A stretch of 64,000 nucleotides of DNA, from the NCBI GenBank assembly GCA_964106645.2, contig OZ067042.1; one strand, written 5' to 3'. Position 1 is the stretch's first letter, and every line of letters starts with the position of its first letter. The translations under genes and the position numbers were made by a program. The notes beneath the pieces are model-generated. The model worked only from the letters and a program-made list of their open reading frames with translations. It ran no database searches and was not told where the DNA came from. This stretch comes from Podarcis pityusensis. Lineage: Eukaryota. Positions 48,477 to 60,244 of this stretch are shown here, one piece after another.

Positions 48477-50112
48477 CTCATAAGGTATATGAGCTACTAT
48501 AAGGTAGTTATAGTCAGGATAACTACCTTCAAACTCTAGGTGTCAGAGTCAGTATGCCTCTATACCAGCGACTGGGGAGCAACAGCAGGAGAATGAGTGC
48601 TGCTTCCATGCTTGTGAGCTTCCCAGATGTATCTGGTTGGTCACTATAGGAAACAGGATACTGGATTAAATGGACCATGGGTCTGATGCCACAGGGACCC
48701 TCCTTATGACAAGCAAGCGTCTCTTCAAAAGAACATTACTTATATTCTTCCATAATATGGAACTCTGCAAATGTTGCATAGGTGCCCTAGCTAAACAAAA
48801 GTGCACCACAGGACACAGCTAAGTCTCTTCTGCAATATGCAGGTGGTACGTGGTGTGCAGATCAGTGCCAAAAGTGTTCTGAGAGGGTAGGGAATTTGAA
48901 AGTCACTGCATTATGACCACAGTATAAATAGAGGCCAACACAGTCGTGTAAAATGTGTGATGGTTTTTAAGCTGGCAGCTTCTTTTGGAGGAGCATGAAG
49001 AAGTTCATGGCTCACTTCCTGTCTCATCAGAAACAGAACTCTCACATCCCCTTATCCTTTCAGGGGGGGAAAAGCTGTCTCCATATCTTCCATGGCTATC
49101 TATAAAAAGAAGATGTGAAAGTTGTCCTTCGGACAATGCAGAAGAATGCAATACACTGGCACTCTCTGCTTTCTCCATCTCCCTCCTTTTTGTGTGGCAC
49201 TTCCAAAGCAGCCTTTCATGAAAGCCAGAGGAATGTGCAGTATTCTTATCCTATTCAGGTTTGCAGGAAGCCTAAGGCATTGCACTTTTAATGGAGTGCC
49301 ACAATGCTTATCAGGAAGTATCGTTCAGTATTGCTAATTAAGCAAAGTAAAGGTATTTGGACAACTAAGAACCAGTTTAAGGCAGATTAAGATCAACGCA
49401 GTTAAAATGAAAGTATGATCTGAATTTTCAGCCATGAAGTGGGGAATGCAGGGAAAAAAGAAAGGAAAGAAAGGGGAAATGTTTGTTTTTTTATATAGGC
49501 TTTTAAATATAGATAAGCAATTTCATGCAGAGAATTTGAATACTATAGTTTATTGTGAAACATCTAATAACATATGTATTCATGCACACATCTGAGCATG
49601 TCATTTCTTGACACCTAATCAGAATCCCATATGAGAAGTAAACATCTATTTGTGGAAAGAGATCTTCTTATTTGAGGGCAAGAAGTATCATTTTAAAAAT
49701 AGTTTTTTTCTTTTGGAAATGATGAATAGAATCAATCCAGCTGTGGTGCTACTTTCAGTAAATTTTAACACATTATTGGTCCTTCTTTTTTTTTTTTAAC
49801 TGTGCTGTTTCCAGAGCAACAATTGGGGCATTAAGAAGGAAAACATGGTCTTGCTTATGTGCTACATTTTTTCCTAAATGCAACCAAACTACAACCTACC
49901 TTTCCCATAATAACTGTATTGCGGGGGGGGGGGGAGAGAATGTTGCAGGCTTATTTCATAAAACAAACCTTGACTGAGTGCACAAACATGTCCGATTTAC
50001 AATAGCAGGATTGGAATACTTGTAATAAAAGCACAAACTCTCCCTAGCCAGTCTCTGCATCAGATATTCCCAGTAAAAAGTTGCAGCATTTCTCCCCCCA
50101 AATCATTTCTAC

Positions 50113-50274
50113 CTCTTTTGCTTCTGCCTGTCTCTCTCCTTCTTTGAAGACGATCCCAAATGCTGGCCTTTCTCCAGCTCTTCTCCAGCTGCTTTCAAGA
50201 CTCTGCCTTGAACAGAGGTAGGCAGCTTCGCGATCAGGGGAGACACTAGCCAAGCGCCTCGCCTCTCAGAAGAA
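50113..50274 (-). CDS. MED12L: MED12L exon [36 protein letters not shown]...KQK
   Basis: ttctag|T...AG|gtagaa, 162 bp, phase 2/2. Confidence 0.95.
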
Positions 50275-50841
50275 CTAGAAGCATGAAACATACAAGACAT
50301 TTCAAACAGAATTATCACCCAGTATTCTCAGATTTTTTCCTTCAAAGCACTATATGCATGTGTGTGAGATACAGGTTTTGCAAACTACTTAAAACAAGGC
50401 AGGTAGGTAGATTTAAGCCAATACAGTTCAATATAATTTTAAGCAAGTTGTGAGCTGAAGTTCCACATCCCAGTCCCGAAGTTTTTTTGTGTACTTTTTG
50501 ATGCGTACATGGAGGACTTGAGCATGCAGGAATTCCCATTCATTGCAGCTGAAGAACTAATGTTTATACCTGCTGGTGTGCTTACAGTGCATGATCAACC
50601 AAACTGTGTGTGAGAAATTCTCACACGCAGAGAAACTCTGCACATGCACTGGAACTTCTGAGCCCAGAACAAATCTGGGGAGACTTTTCTGGGCTATGAC
50701 TACTGCCTTTTGGATTCTTGAAATTAACACCACAATTATTATTAAATGCAACCCTCCACGCTCACAACCCTCTCAAGTATTCCTGTTTTTTAAAAAAAGC
50801 AGATTAATTTCATCTTTATCCATCCAGGCAGAGAACATTAC

Positions 50842-51032
50842 CTTAGAAATGTCTTTTTACTTTTCTGCCTCGTAATATGTGTGTCAGCGTTTCCAACAGA
50901 GTTTGGACTGAAGAGGCCTATACCAGAGTTAGAAGAGTTATTGTTTAGATCAGCGGATTGCTGAAACACCTCTATCGTCGCCTTTGCAATATTATCCAAC
51001 AAGCTGTTCATTTCAGCCACAGACCCAGAACC
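50842..51032 (-). CDS. MED12L: MED12L exon GSGSVAEMNSLLDNIAKATIEVFQQSAD...KTFL
   Basis: ctgtag|GGT...AG|gtaatg, 191 bp, phase 0/2. Confidence 0.95.
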
Positions 51033-51175
51033 CTACAGTGAAACATAAGTAAACTAGCACATTCATGATATCTTTGCTCACACACTAGGTTATTTTATTT
51101 ATTTATTTATTTATTTATTTATTTTAAAAAAGGAAAACTTTATCAAATGAAACATGTATGCAAGGCAATACTCAC

Positions 51176-51250
51176 AGGCTCCTTCATACACTGTTTGATC
51201 GTCAGCTGGAGCTCCAACCACGATTGGCGGAGAGTCCACTGATCCAAATT
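51176..51250 (-). CDS. MED12L: MED12L exon NLDQWTLRQSWLELQLTIKQCMKEP
   Basis: gcacag|AAT...CCT|gtgagt, 75 bp, phase 0/0. Confidence 0.95.
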
Positions 51251-51501
51251 CTGTGCAAAGAATGACAAATAGTTGTGTCACCATTAAACATGGCATGCGA
51301 TTTTGTTCTTGCCTGCATATCATTGTCTTTTCTACATGCATCGGGGATGCGGCTCATTTTGTTCATTCTTCCTGCCTACAGATGGGATCAGTGGGAAAGG
51401 GATGGGGGCCTTGCCTTGGGGAAGAGCCTGTTCCTGATTTCACCGCCACCTCAAAACATAGCTTTTAGCTGATCTTGACTAAGGGCAGAACTACACGTTA
51501 T

Positions 51502-51897
51502 AGGTAAAGGTTAAAAAAAAAATGGTAAAGGACCCCTGGACAGTTAAGTCCAGTCAAAGGCGACTATGGGGTTGTGGCACTCGTCTCGCTTTCAGGCTGA
51601 GGGAGCCGGCTTTTATCTACAGACAGCTTTCCGGGTCATGTGGCCAGCAGGACTAAACCGCTTCTGGTGCAACGGACCACTGTGACAAAACCAGAGCGCA
51701 TGGAAATGCCATTTACCTTCTCACCGCAGCAGTACCTATTTATCTACTCGCACTGGTGTGCTTTCGAACTGCTAGGTTGGCAGGAGCTGGGACAAAGCAA
51801 CGTGAGCTCACTTTGTTGTGGGGATTCGAACCACTGACTTTCTGATCGGCAAGCCCAAGAGGCTCAGTGGTTTAGACCACAGCGCCACCTGCGCCCC
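51502..51897 (-). mobile_element. Sauria SINE, longer subfamily
   Basis: ggtaaaggacccctggacagttaagtcc tail; same body as 57007. Confidence 0.88.
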
Positions 51898-52195
51898 TAC
51901 ATTCAGTGACCACGAGAAGAAGCCATACCAATGAGGAAGGCAGGCATGCAGAAATCTTGTAGGGGGCCTCCCTTCATACACGAGATGCACACATACAGAG
52001 TTTCTTCACATTTCTGGCTAGCGTATGCTTCAGTAGCAGAAGGGTTTGTGGCTGGCAGGAAAGACTTAATTCCCCTCTCCCTTAATATTACCCCTTTACA
52101 AGAGACGGTATGTACACAGGGACAAAAGGGTCTAACATGTGATGGTAGCAAGAGGAAAGAACATCAAATACAAAGCCTTTATTCGGTCTGGTTAC

Positions 52196-52384
52196 CTGAA
52201 GAATGCGCTTGATGTGTTGTCTCTGAGGATTGTCACCCTCTGCACATTCTTTAACACCATGAGGATAACAGATAAGCTGCAACAATTTTTGTGCTTGCTT
52301 GTTTGAAAGGACTGGGTCCAGGATAAGATCTTTGTCGGTACACAGTCTTTCGGGTTCTTTCAAGCAGTGTTCTCCCACCCACTC
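52196..52384 (-). CDS. MED12L: MED12L exon [18 protein letters not shown]...HIKRILQ
   Basis: tgatag|GAG...CAG|gtaacc, 189 bp, phase 0/0. Confidence 0.95.
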
Positions 52385-53705
52385 CTATCAGCAAAAAGTT
52401 GAATTGAACATTAATCACAGCAAAGGCAATGTTTGCTTGTTTCGCTTGTAACGCATAGCAAAAAATCAACATTGTTCAGGATGAGTCAGATTCATGCTAG
52501 CACTGTGAAAAAGCTATAAAAAAGGGTAAAGGTACCCCTGCCCATGAAAAAGCTATACTTTACATTAAATCCAAGTCCATTATGCAAAATATTTAACAAG
52601 GAAGAATTTAGTTAAATATAATTTTTTTTTCTTTTAAGACAAACAATCTTTTTCTCTGGTTCTACTTCTCAGGTATTCCGTCAAGAGCATTTACATGCCG
52701 CTGACTGAATACTTCCTCTTTAAAAAGGAAATCACAATGTTAAGCTAAACTCTCAAACGAATTCCAGCTGTAATCACAACTATACTCATTGTATGTTTGA
52801 GAAAAACTTCATGGCACAAGGAGGACAAGAATGGTGGGATCACAACCACACCTGCACAGCTTTCCTATCTGTTGAGAAGTTCAAGCATGGGCACAAAGTT
52901 TACATGGGAGCCACAACCATAAAATCTAACGTGCCTAGACCTGAATTGCGCAGCTAATTCCTGAATATAGCATAGGCTATCAGCTGCACAGTTAGAGGCT
53001 TGTTCTTTCCGGGTTTAATCAATGAGGCTGGGGGGCTGGGTAAACCTGTCACAGGTCACAGCTTCTACTGCCCCTAAGAAAACATGGGTTTCGTTTCGTT
53101 TTTGTTTAACTAAGGTAAGATTGTGCGTTCCAGTGTACCCCAAGAGGCTTTGCATGGCCAGAGTGTGGACTTGTTCTCACATGTGTGTACCTGACTCAAT
53201 CTTCATCCCTTGATTACTCAGCCAAAATATGGGAACTTTGGATAGATATCTGGCAATATCAAAGTCAGTCTGGACAGATCAATCTATGACAGCTCATTCA
53301 CACACGAGTCATCACTTGATGCCATAGTTGCCAACAGTGTATACAAGTTTATAGGAGGAAATGACCTGGAAGCCCTGACAACCGAATCCATATTACTTTT
53401 TTTTTTATTACATTCACGCTCCAACTTTTCCTCCAAGAAGCTCAAGGTGGCTTATTCATTCCCTCTCCCTTTTTTATACTCATGAAAACCCTGTGAAGAT
53501 TAAGCTAAGGTGTTGTGGCTGGCCCAGGTCATCTTCAGGGTTGAATGGCTTCCCCAGCTACCTTCCTCTACCCCCATCACCCACCTATATTTATGAAAGC
53601 ATGTCATGACTGTCTTTGCATCCCTGGAATATGGCAACAATGATTACTCTGGAAAAATAAATTCATATATACAAATAAACAGAGAAAAACAAAGGGTTAT
53701 GCTAC

Positions 53706-53908
53706 CTGCTGGCATATACTTCTTAGCACATATCTAGCATATTCGCTGAGACTAGCAGTTTCTATGGAGAAAGGTTTTCCACATGATTTCAAAGAATGTG
53801 AGGAGGCATCCCATATCTCATCTTCATTAAGGTCACCTAGTAATCTTCGCACTGAATAATCTGACTTCTTCAAGGAGGGCATGCTATTGCTTCCAATTTC
53901 CGCATCAC
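53706..53908 (-). CDS. MED12L: MED12L exon DAEIGSNSMPS...YARYVLRSICQQ
   Basis: ccatag|GT...CAG|gtagca, 203 bp, phase 1/0. Confidence 0.94.
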
Positions 53909-53970
53909 CTATGGAGTAGAAGCAGCACAAATATGAAGATTATTATTACTGTTTAACTATCAAAAACAAC

Positions 53971-54660
53971 CTGGGCAAGCGCCACAATTTAAGAAGGATG
54001 TTGACAAGCTGCAACGTGTGCAGAGGTGGGCAACCAAGATGATCAAGGGTCTGGAAACTAAGCCTTGCGAGGAGTGCTGGAAGGAGCTGGGTATGTTTAG
54101 CCTGGAAAAGAGGAGACCGAGAGGAGATAGGATAGCCACCTTCAAAAATCTTAAGGGCTGTCACATGGGAAAGGGAGCATGCTTGTTTTCTCTTGCTCTG
54201 GAGGGTGGGACTCGAGGCAACGGCTTCAAGATACAAGAAAGGAGATTCCGACTAAACATTCAGGGAAAAAACTTTCTGAAAGTCAGAGCTGTTTGGCAGT
54301 GGAACAGACTCCCACAGAGGTGATGGACTCTCCTTCCTTTGGCAGTTTTTAAGAAGAAATTGGATGGCCACCTGTCATGGATGCTTTAGCTGAGATACCT
54401 GCATTATTAGTGTACTTTGCAGCATCATTAACTATTACTTTAGGCTTAACATTAAAAATGAGCTAATACAATATTAATGATATTAATTAATACCATCAAA
54501 GCTTCAAAGTCCTGCACTAGCCTGCCTTGACAGACCCTGAGAAGGCATTCCCTTCATCTACCCACGGTTTTAAGAGGGGGGGGGGAGTTGGGCTGGGGCT
54601 GGGGAGAGGGTATTTGATGACCCTGGGGTCTACTCCAACTTCGATGATTCTATGATTCTA
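53971..54660 (+). mobile_element. CR1 LINE 3' fragment
   Basis: QRWATKMIKGLETKPCEECWKELGMFSLEKRR...VWQWNRLP; gattctatgattcta tail. Confidence 0.9.
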
Positions 54661-55003
54661 AGCAATCCTGCTGAAGCTGAATTTTTACACCTACTGGGTA
54701 GCAGGAAATAGAAGAATTTAATACAAACGCCTCATCTATTGTAGGATTAATCCTTAAAACATCAGATTTTAAGATATAGGGTAACTGTAGCTCAGGGATG
54801 GGGCATTTCTGGTCCCTTAGCTTCCCTGATCACTGGTCATGTTGGGTGGGGCTAATACGAGTTCAACATCTGAGGGGAACGGACGGCCCCATGCTCTAGA
54901 CAATGTATCCAGTCAAAATCAAAATCAAAATTTAGTAGGATCCTATGCTTGCCTATTGAGAAGTAAATCCCACTGAATTTGATGAAACTTGCTCCCATGT
55001 AAG

Positions 55004-55066
55004 AGTGTGTGTGAGTGTGAGTGTGTGTGTGTGTGTGTGTGTGCGTGTGTGCGTGTGTGTGTGTGT
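55004..55066. repeat. (GT)n microsatellite
   Basis: Read directly. Confidence 0.95.
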
Positions 55067-55211
55067 TTAAGACTTCAGCCTCACAGGGCAAGCCTAAGCA
55101 TGTCTACTGACAAGTAAGAGTCCCCCAAATTCAATGGAACTTTCTCCTAGGAAACTTGGTATGGGGCTGCAGCCTTAACCATGAAATGAAGAACATTAAA
55201 TGTGATCTTAC

Positions 55212-55325
55212 CAAGCATCAGTATTGCTTTCAGCACAGCAAACACAGCACCCACTTCTATGCTGTTGTGAGCAGCAGTTAAGAGGTGACGATCACAAGAT
55301 GATCGAATTCCTGGGAAAGATTTCC
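55212..55325 (-). CDS. MED12L: MED12L exon [37 protein letters not shown]
   Basis: ctgcag|GG...G|gtaaga, 114 bp, phase 1/1. Confidence 0.95.
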
Positions 55326-57006
55326 CTGCAGAAAAAGAACAAGCTTTTTTTAAAATTGTCACTGTTTTAGAGAACTTGGCTTTATTCTCCCCACCTAGTT
55401 TTACTAGGCTTCTAAACACTGCGGTGGACCTATTTTGTGGTGCAAGTGCAAGGATGTCAATACTTAAAACAAATGGCCCAATGTACACACGTGCCTGCCC
55501 AAGGCCACATCACACACTATAGAAGCAAGTGCATATTCAATATTCAAACACTGTCAATGGAAAGTATCAATTTAGTTTCAGTATGCAGTCTGAAATACTC
55601 GGTGTGTGGTTCATGCAGCATGATTTTGTGATATAATGCAGTTTTTTAAAGTTGTGTGTGCACACCCCCACTTCCCCTTATCTTCTAGAGGGCAGTGGGA
55701 CTCTGATTTAAACTACCGTGTGAACATTTCATCCAGTTTTCCCCAAATGGATGCAAGGGGGAAGGCAGTGGGCAACTTAATTGAATAGTACAAACTATGA
55801 TTTATTTAACAAGGAGGAAGGAGAAGGGAAGGAAGCAAGAACAATTCAGCTAAGTATACTGTTCAAAATTAGTGTCTAAACAACAAATAGGGCGGGATGA
55901 AATCAAATAAATTAGCTATCTTTGAGGTGATCAATTAGAGGCCTGGCTGCTGCCACAGAGTCCTGGTCTGTCACTCACAAGGCTGTGTGAGGGCTAAAAA
56001 TACTGCTCTGCTGTCTGCTCTGCTGTTATTTTCATTCACAATCACTGTCATCTTCGCAGTCTCTTTTTCCTCTCTCAAATCTTTAAGGGCGTGTACACAC
56101 AGTGTAATAATGTGCATTCCGCGTGGGATGCGGGCACATTTTTGGGGTGATGTACACACAACATGGCTGCCACTTCACCCCTGTCCCATACTGTGGGTTG
56201 ATCTAAAGCGATTTCTACAAGAACAGGTTTTTGTCTGTTTTGTGCATTCATTGGTCCCCTCCTATTGGGGAGCACCTAGTGATGTTCTGCCAGTGCTTAG
56301 CGTGCATGAATAGACTGACTGAGTGGAGTACATCAATGCATACTGCTTCATAAACACAGCCACCTGTATGTAAAAACAGCATGGATAGCAACTCTCCCTT
56401 TTGGCAATGCTATCGTGCGAAGGTACGTATATTAAGAGCTATGTAAAAAAGTGCTTTGTGAAGAAACGAGGCCTGATTGTTTCAAATCCTATATGTGTAC
56501 ACAGCCTAACACTCTTTTCTTGAATCTCTTCAACCAACTCACCTCAGAACTCTCTCACCATCTTTTCAGAACGTCCCTATAAAAGGACTTAAGGGCTAAA
56601 AGGGGCTACACATCAGAGAGTTATAAAGAAAAAGCAGAAATATGCTTCCAAAACAGCATACCAGGTGGTCCTTTGAACGAAATGGCTGTTTAAGGCTATA
56701 GGTCTGTGTCTCAGCAATGTCAATTTAAATAGGATTTTATCCAGTGCTATTCCAACTCTCAGTAAACCCCACGAAGTGAATAAACATGACTAATTTATTC
56801 TGTATACACTCTACACATTTAAAACACATTCAAAGCACACACACTCACCACCACCCCCCCAAAAAAACGGATAAGCAACAGTGCCCAGAATTCTTTGATG
56901 GAAAGAATGAGCTTTAGGCGTATTTTGTATACTCAGACTAGGTTCATTAATTTCAGCAGCCCTACTCCAAATAGAATGTTGTTGTTGATGTTGTTAAATC
57001 TGTAAA

Positions 57007-57384
57007 AAGGTAAAGGTAAGGGACCCCTTGGCCGGTTAAGTCCAGTAAAAGGCAACTATGGGGTTGCGGTGTTCATCTCGCTTTCAGGCCGAGGAAGCTG
57101 GCGTTTGTCCACAGATGGCTTTCCAGGTCATGTGGCCAGCATGACTAAACTGCTTTTGGCCCATGCAACACCATGATGGAAGCCAGAGGCACGGAAACGC
57201 AATTTACCTTTCTGCTGCAGTGGTACCTATTTATCTACTTGCACTGTTGTGCTTTTGAACTGCTGGGTTGGCAGGAGCTGGGACAGAGCAACGGGAGCTC
57301 ACCCCATAGCAGGGATTCAAACTGCCTACCTTCTGATCGGCAAGCCCAAGAGGCTCAGTGGTTTAGACCACAGCGCCACCTGCC
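57007..57384 (-). mobile_element. Sauria SINE, longer subfamily
   Basis: aaggtaaaggtaagggacccc tail and conserved body. Confidence 0.87.
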
Positions 57385-57595
57385 CTTTACCCATAGATCT
57401 CAGGGCGGTTCACAGCACAGAATTACAATTAAAAAAAACACAAAATACATAATCAAAACAAAAACAAAGACACAAAAATAGCCTCCCATTCTCCTTTGCC
57501 AAGTGAACCTTTGGAGTCAGCATTATAAAATTCCTCTGAGAAACCGGAACACAAAGGCAAGACAGAAGGTCTGGAAATAGATTTGAAGTATTTAC

Positions 57596-57691
57596 CAGTA
57601 GGCAGCAGGGAAACCTCAGGTGTTTGAAAGAGGTGGAACAGAAGCCTGCACGTCATCCTTGCCCCAGGCTCAGCATCTGGATCTCCACAAG
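57596..57691 (-). CDS. MED12L: MED12L exon CGDPDAEPGARMTCRLLFHLFQTPEVSLLPT
   Basis: ccacag|CT...G|gtaaat, 96 bp, phase 1/1. Confidence 0.94.
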
Positions 57692-57955
57692 CTGTGGGAA
57701 AAGGATGAGACCCCATCATTATACTACTGGAAACTGGCATTTGATTCCTAATATTTTATCTGAGCAGAAGTTTGAATCTAATTCATAACACTTTTATCAA
57801 GCAAACATAGAAAGTAATAGCTTGAACAGCAATACTGAGAAAAATATTAATGCTCTGCAAAACAATGATCCAAACAATTTTTCATTTAAATGTTATTTTA
57901 GTCAATACCGCATTGCTCTCTTAACTTTTTCTATCTAACAATTGTTTTATTTGAA

Positions 57956-57983
57956 ACACACACACACACACACACACAGACAG

Positions 57984-58012
<29 letters not shown>
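57956..58012. repeat. (CA)n microsatellite
   Basis: Read directly. Confidence 0.95.
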
Positions 58013-58015
<3 letters not shown>

Positions 58016-60123
58016 TGGATTTGTTTAGCAGGTGCATATTGACAAGGCGGCTTGTGAAAGAAAATGAGAAATATGAAAAATGTGAGCATGAGATTTTTCT
58101 GCAGCTTAACTGGGTAAAAGAAGAGAATGTTATCAAGATTAACTTGTGGGAAAATAAGAAGTGTCAGGAAAAAAAGTGTCAAAAAAAAAAAAATCCAGAC
58201 AAGCACAAATAATGTCAAAGCTGAGAAAAAGCCAAAAATTCCAGAAACATAATAATGTAATGCCATCAGAGTGTGGGAAGATGACTACAGCTCATAACTT
58301 TGCAACATGCTGGCAGAAAACCAAAACCAGCAGAAATAATTTACTTACTTATTTTAAATATTTGTAAAACTGTCATAAAAATACAGTACAGGGTACACCA
58401 TGCAAAAATTGCAACAACCATAAAAACTTAAAATAACACATTAGTAAAAACATCCATAAATACTGTTTGGATAAAAGAAAATTCAAATTTCAAAGGCCTG
58501 TCTGAACAATACTGTTTATAGGCAATGTGTAAAAGGTGACTGGGATTATTCCTCTAGCAGCAGGAAGTGCCACAGTACAGGGACTGCCACACTCAAGCCT
58601 TGGTCCCTAACAAAGGCTGGTCAAACCTTATGGGCGTGGTGAACCATCAGAAGTGCTCCATCAGAGAATATAAATAATTGAGGTGGACAATAAGGGATCA
58701 GAAGGTTCTTCAAGTACTTTGGGCCAAGTTGGTTAGGGCTTTGTGAATTAACGCAAGAACCTTGTACCTGCCTGGCAGCAAACTGGCAAAAATTGCTTGA
58801 TTACAGAAGTAAGGACAACATTGACCCCATTCCCATGGACTTTGGAACAAACATCTAAGGTCCCAAAGCCCCTCACTCTCAGGCCCACCCAAATGAACCA
58901 TGGCTCTTCCCAAAACTGAACCCTAGGCTGTTTATAAGGTATGCATCATCAAACAAATACCCAACATGTGGCCCCTTTAAGAGAAACTTTTAGAAACCTC
59001 GACAGCTGAGTCAGAGGTGTGCCCTGGCTGGAGGAGTCAGTTGCTGCTTTGTGTGGCTCCCAGGCCTCATCAAAAATAAAGCTGAATTTGCCTTCAACTC
59101 AGCTTGCGGTGTGTTCACAGAAGCAGCAGAAGACAACAGAAGTGCTACCCATTGTTCCCCAAAACTGAGGCTTGGAGTCATAATGTGGATTTATAGTGCA
59201 AGCAAGCAATGAAGAAACAAAGTGCTTTAAAAACAAAATAGCACCAAGCTATATAGGCAGAACAGGAAGTGGCTTACTGGCGTAGTTCCATTGCTCCCCA
59301 TTTCCGTTTCAGCCACCCCAGATGTTTCTGTCCTTCCACCCTCACCACAACCAGGAAGTTGTGGGGCTTTTGGGTGGCTGTCTGCTTGGTTTTTAATATC
59401 TTAAACTACCATTACTCCAGTACTGAACATAAGAACCTGCTGGATCAAGTCAATGGCCCATTCAGTCCAGCATTCTGTTCTTACAATGTCTATACAAAAT
59501 CGTACTACTGTTGAGCTCTTCGAGTAAAACAACTCCCCTTTTGCTCAGGAGAGACTCTTGGCCTCCAGATTTGCTTTTTGATTACGTTATCATCCACTTT
59601 GCCTAATCTAGTAGGGCAAAGCAGCACCTTTCAATATCCAGGGAAAGGTGGTGGTTGTTGGTTTCACACTTGGCTTTTGATGCTTTGAGTGCAATCCTAG
59701 GCATGTCTACTCAGAAGTAAGTCCAGCAAAGTTGAAGAGGACTTGCTCCCCAGTAAATGTGTGTAGACTGCAGTCCAAGAAAGAAGGGAAGATAGATAGA
59801 TAGAAAGAAGGAAGGAATGTGGGGTGGGAAAAGGATGAAGACTGCAGAAATAGAGAAGAATGCATAATAAGAAGAATAGCATGTACAGAGTCTTTTAGTC
59901 CTACATAACTGCAATTCAGCCCCAGCTATATAAATCCCTGACCACCACACTTAATCGGCCAAACACATTTAGAGCACCCTGCTTATCTATGCTTTAAAAA
60001 AAAAGAAAAATCCCTAGATTCCAGAAAATGGTTTTATATGATTTACCATCCACACACGGAGCCATTTTTGCCTTCCAGTTTGAAGAGCAAAGTGTGATTT
60101 TCAAGATATCACCGACAACTCAC

Positions 60124-60244
60124 CTGCTGTAAGTAAAGAAGGAAGTGCAACGTGCTGAACAACATCCTCTAGGAAGAAACATTGCCGGGCTATGAGGATT
60201 GCGACAAAGGTAGCCAATGAGTCATGGAACGACAGGTCACTCAC
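60124..60244 (-). CDS. MED12L: MED12L exon [40 protein letters not shown]
   Basis: tttaag|GTG...G|gtgagt, 121 bp, phase 0/1. Confidence 0.95.
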
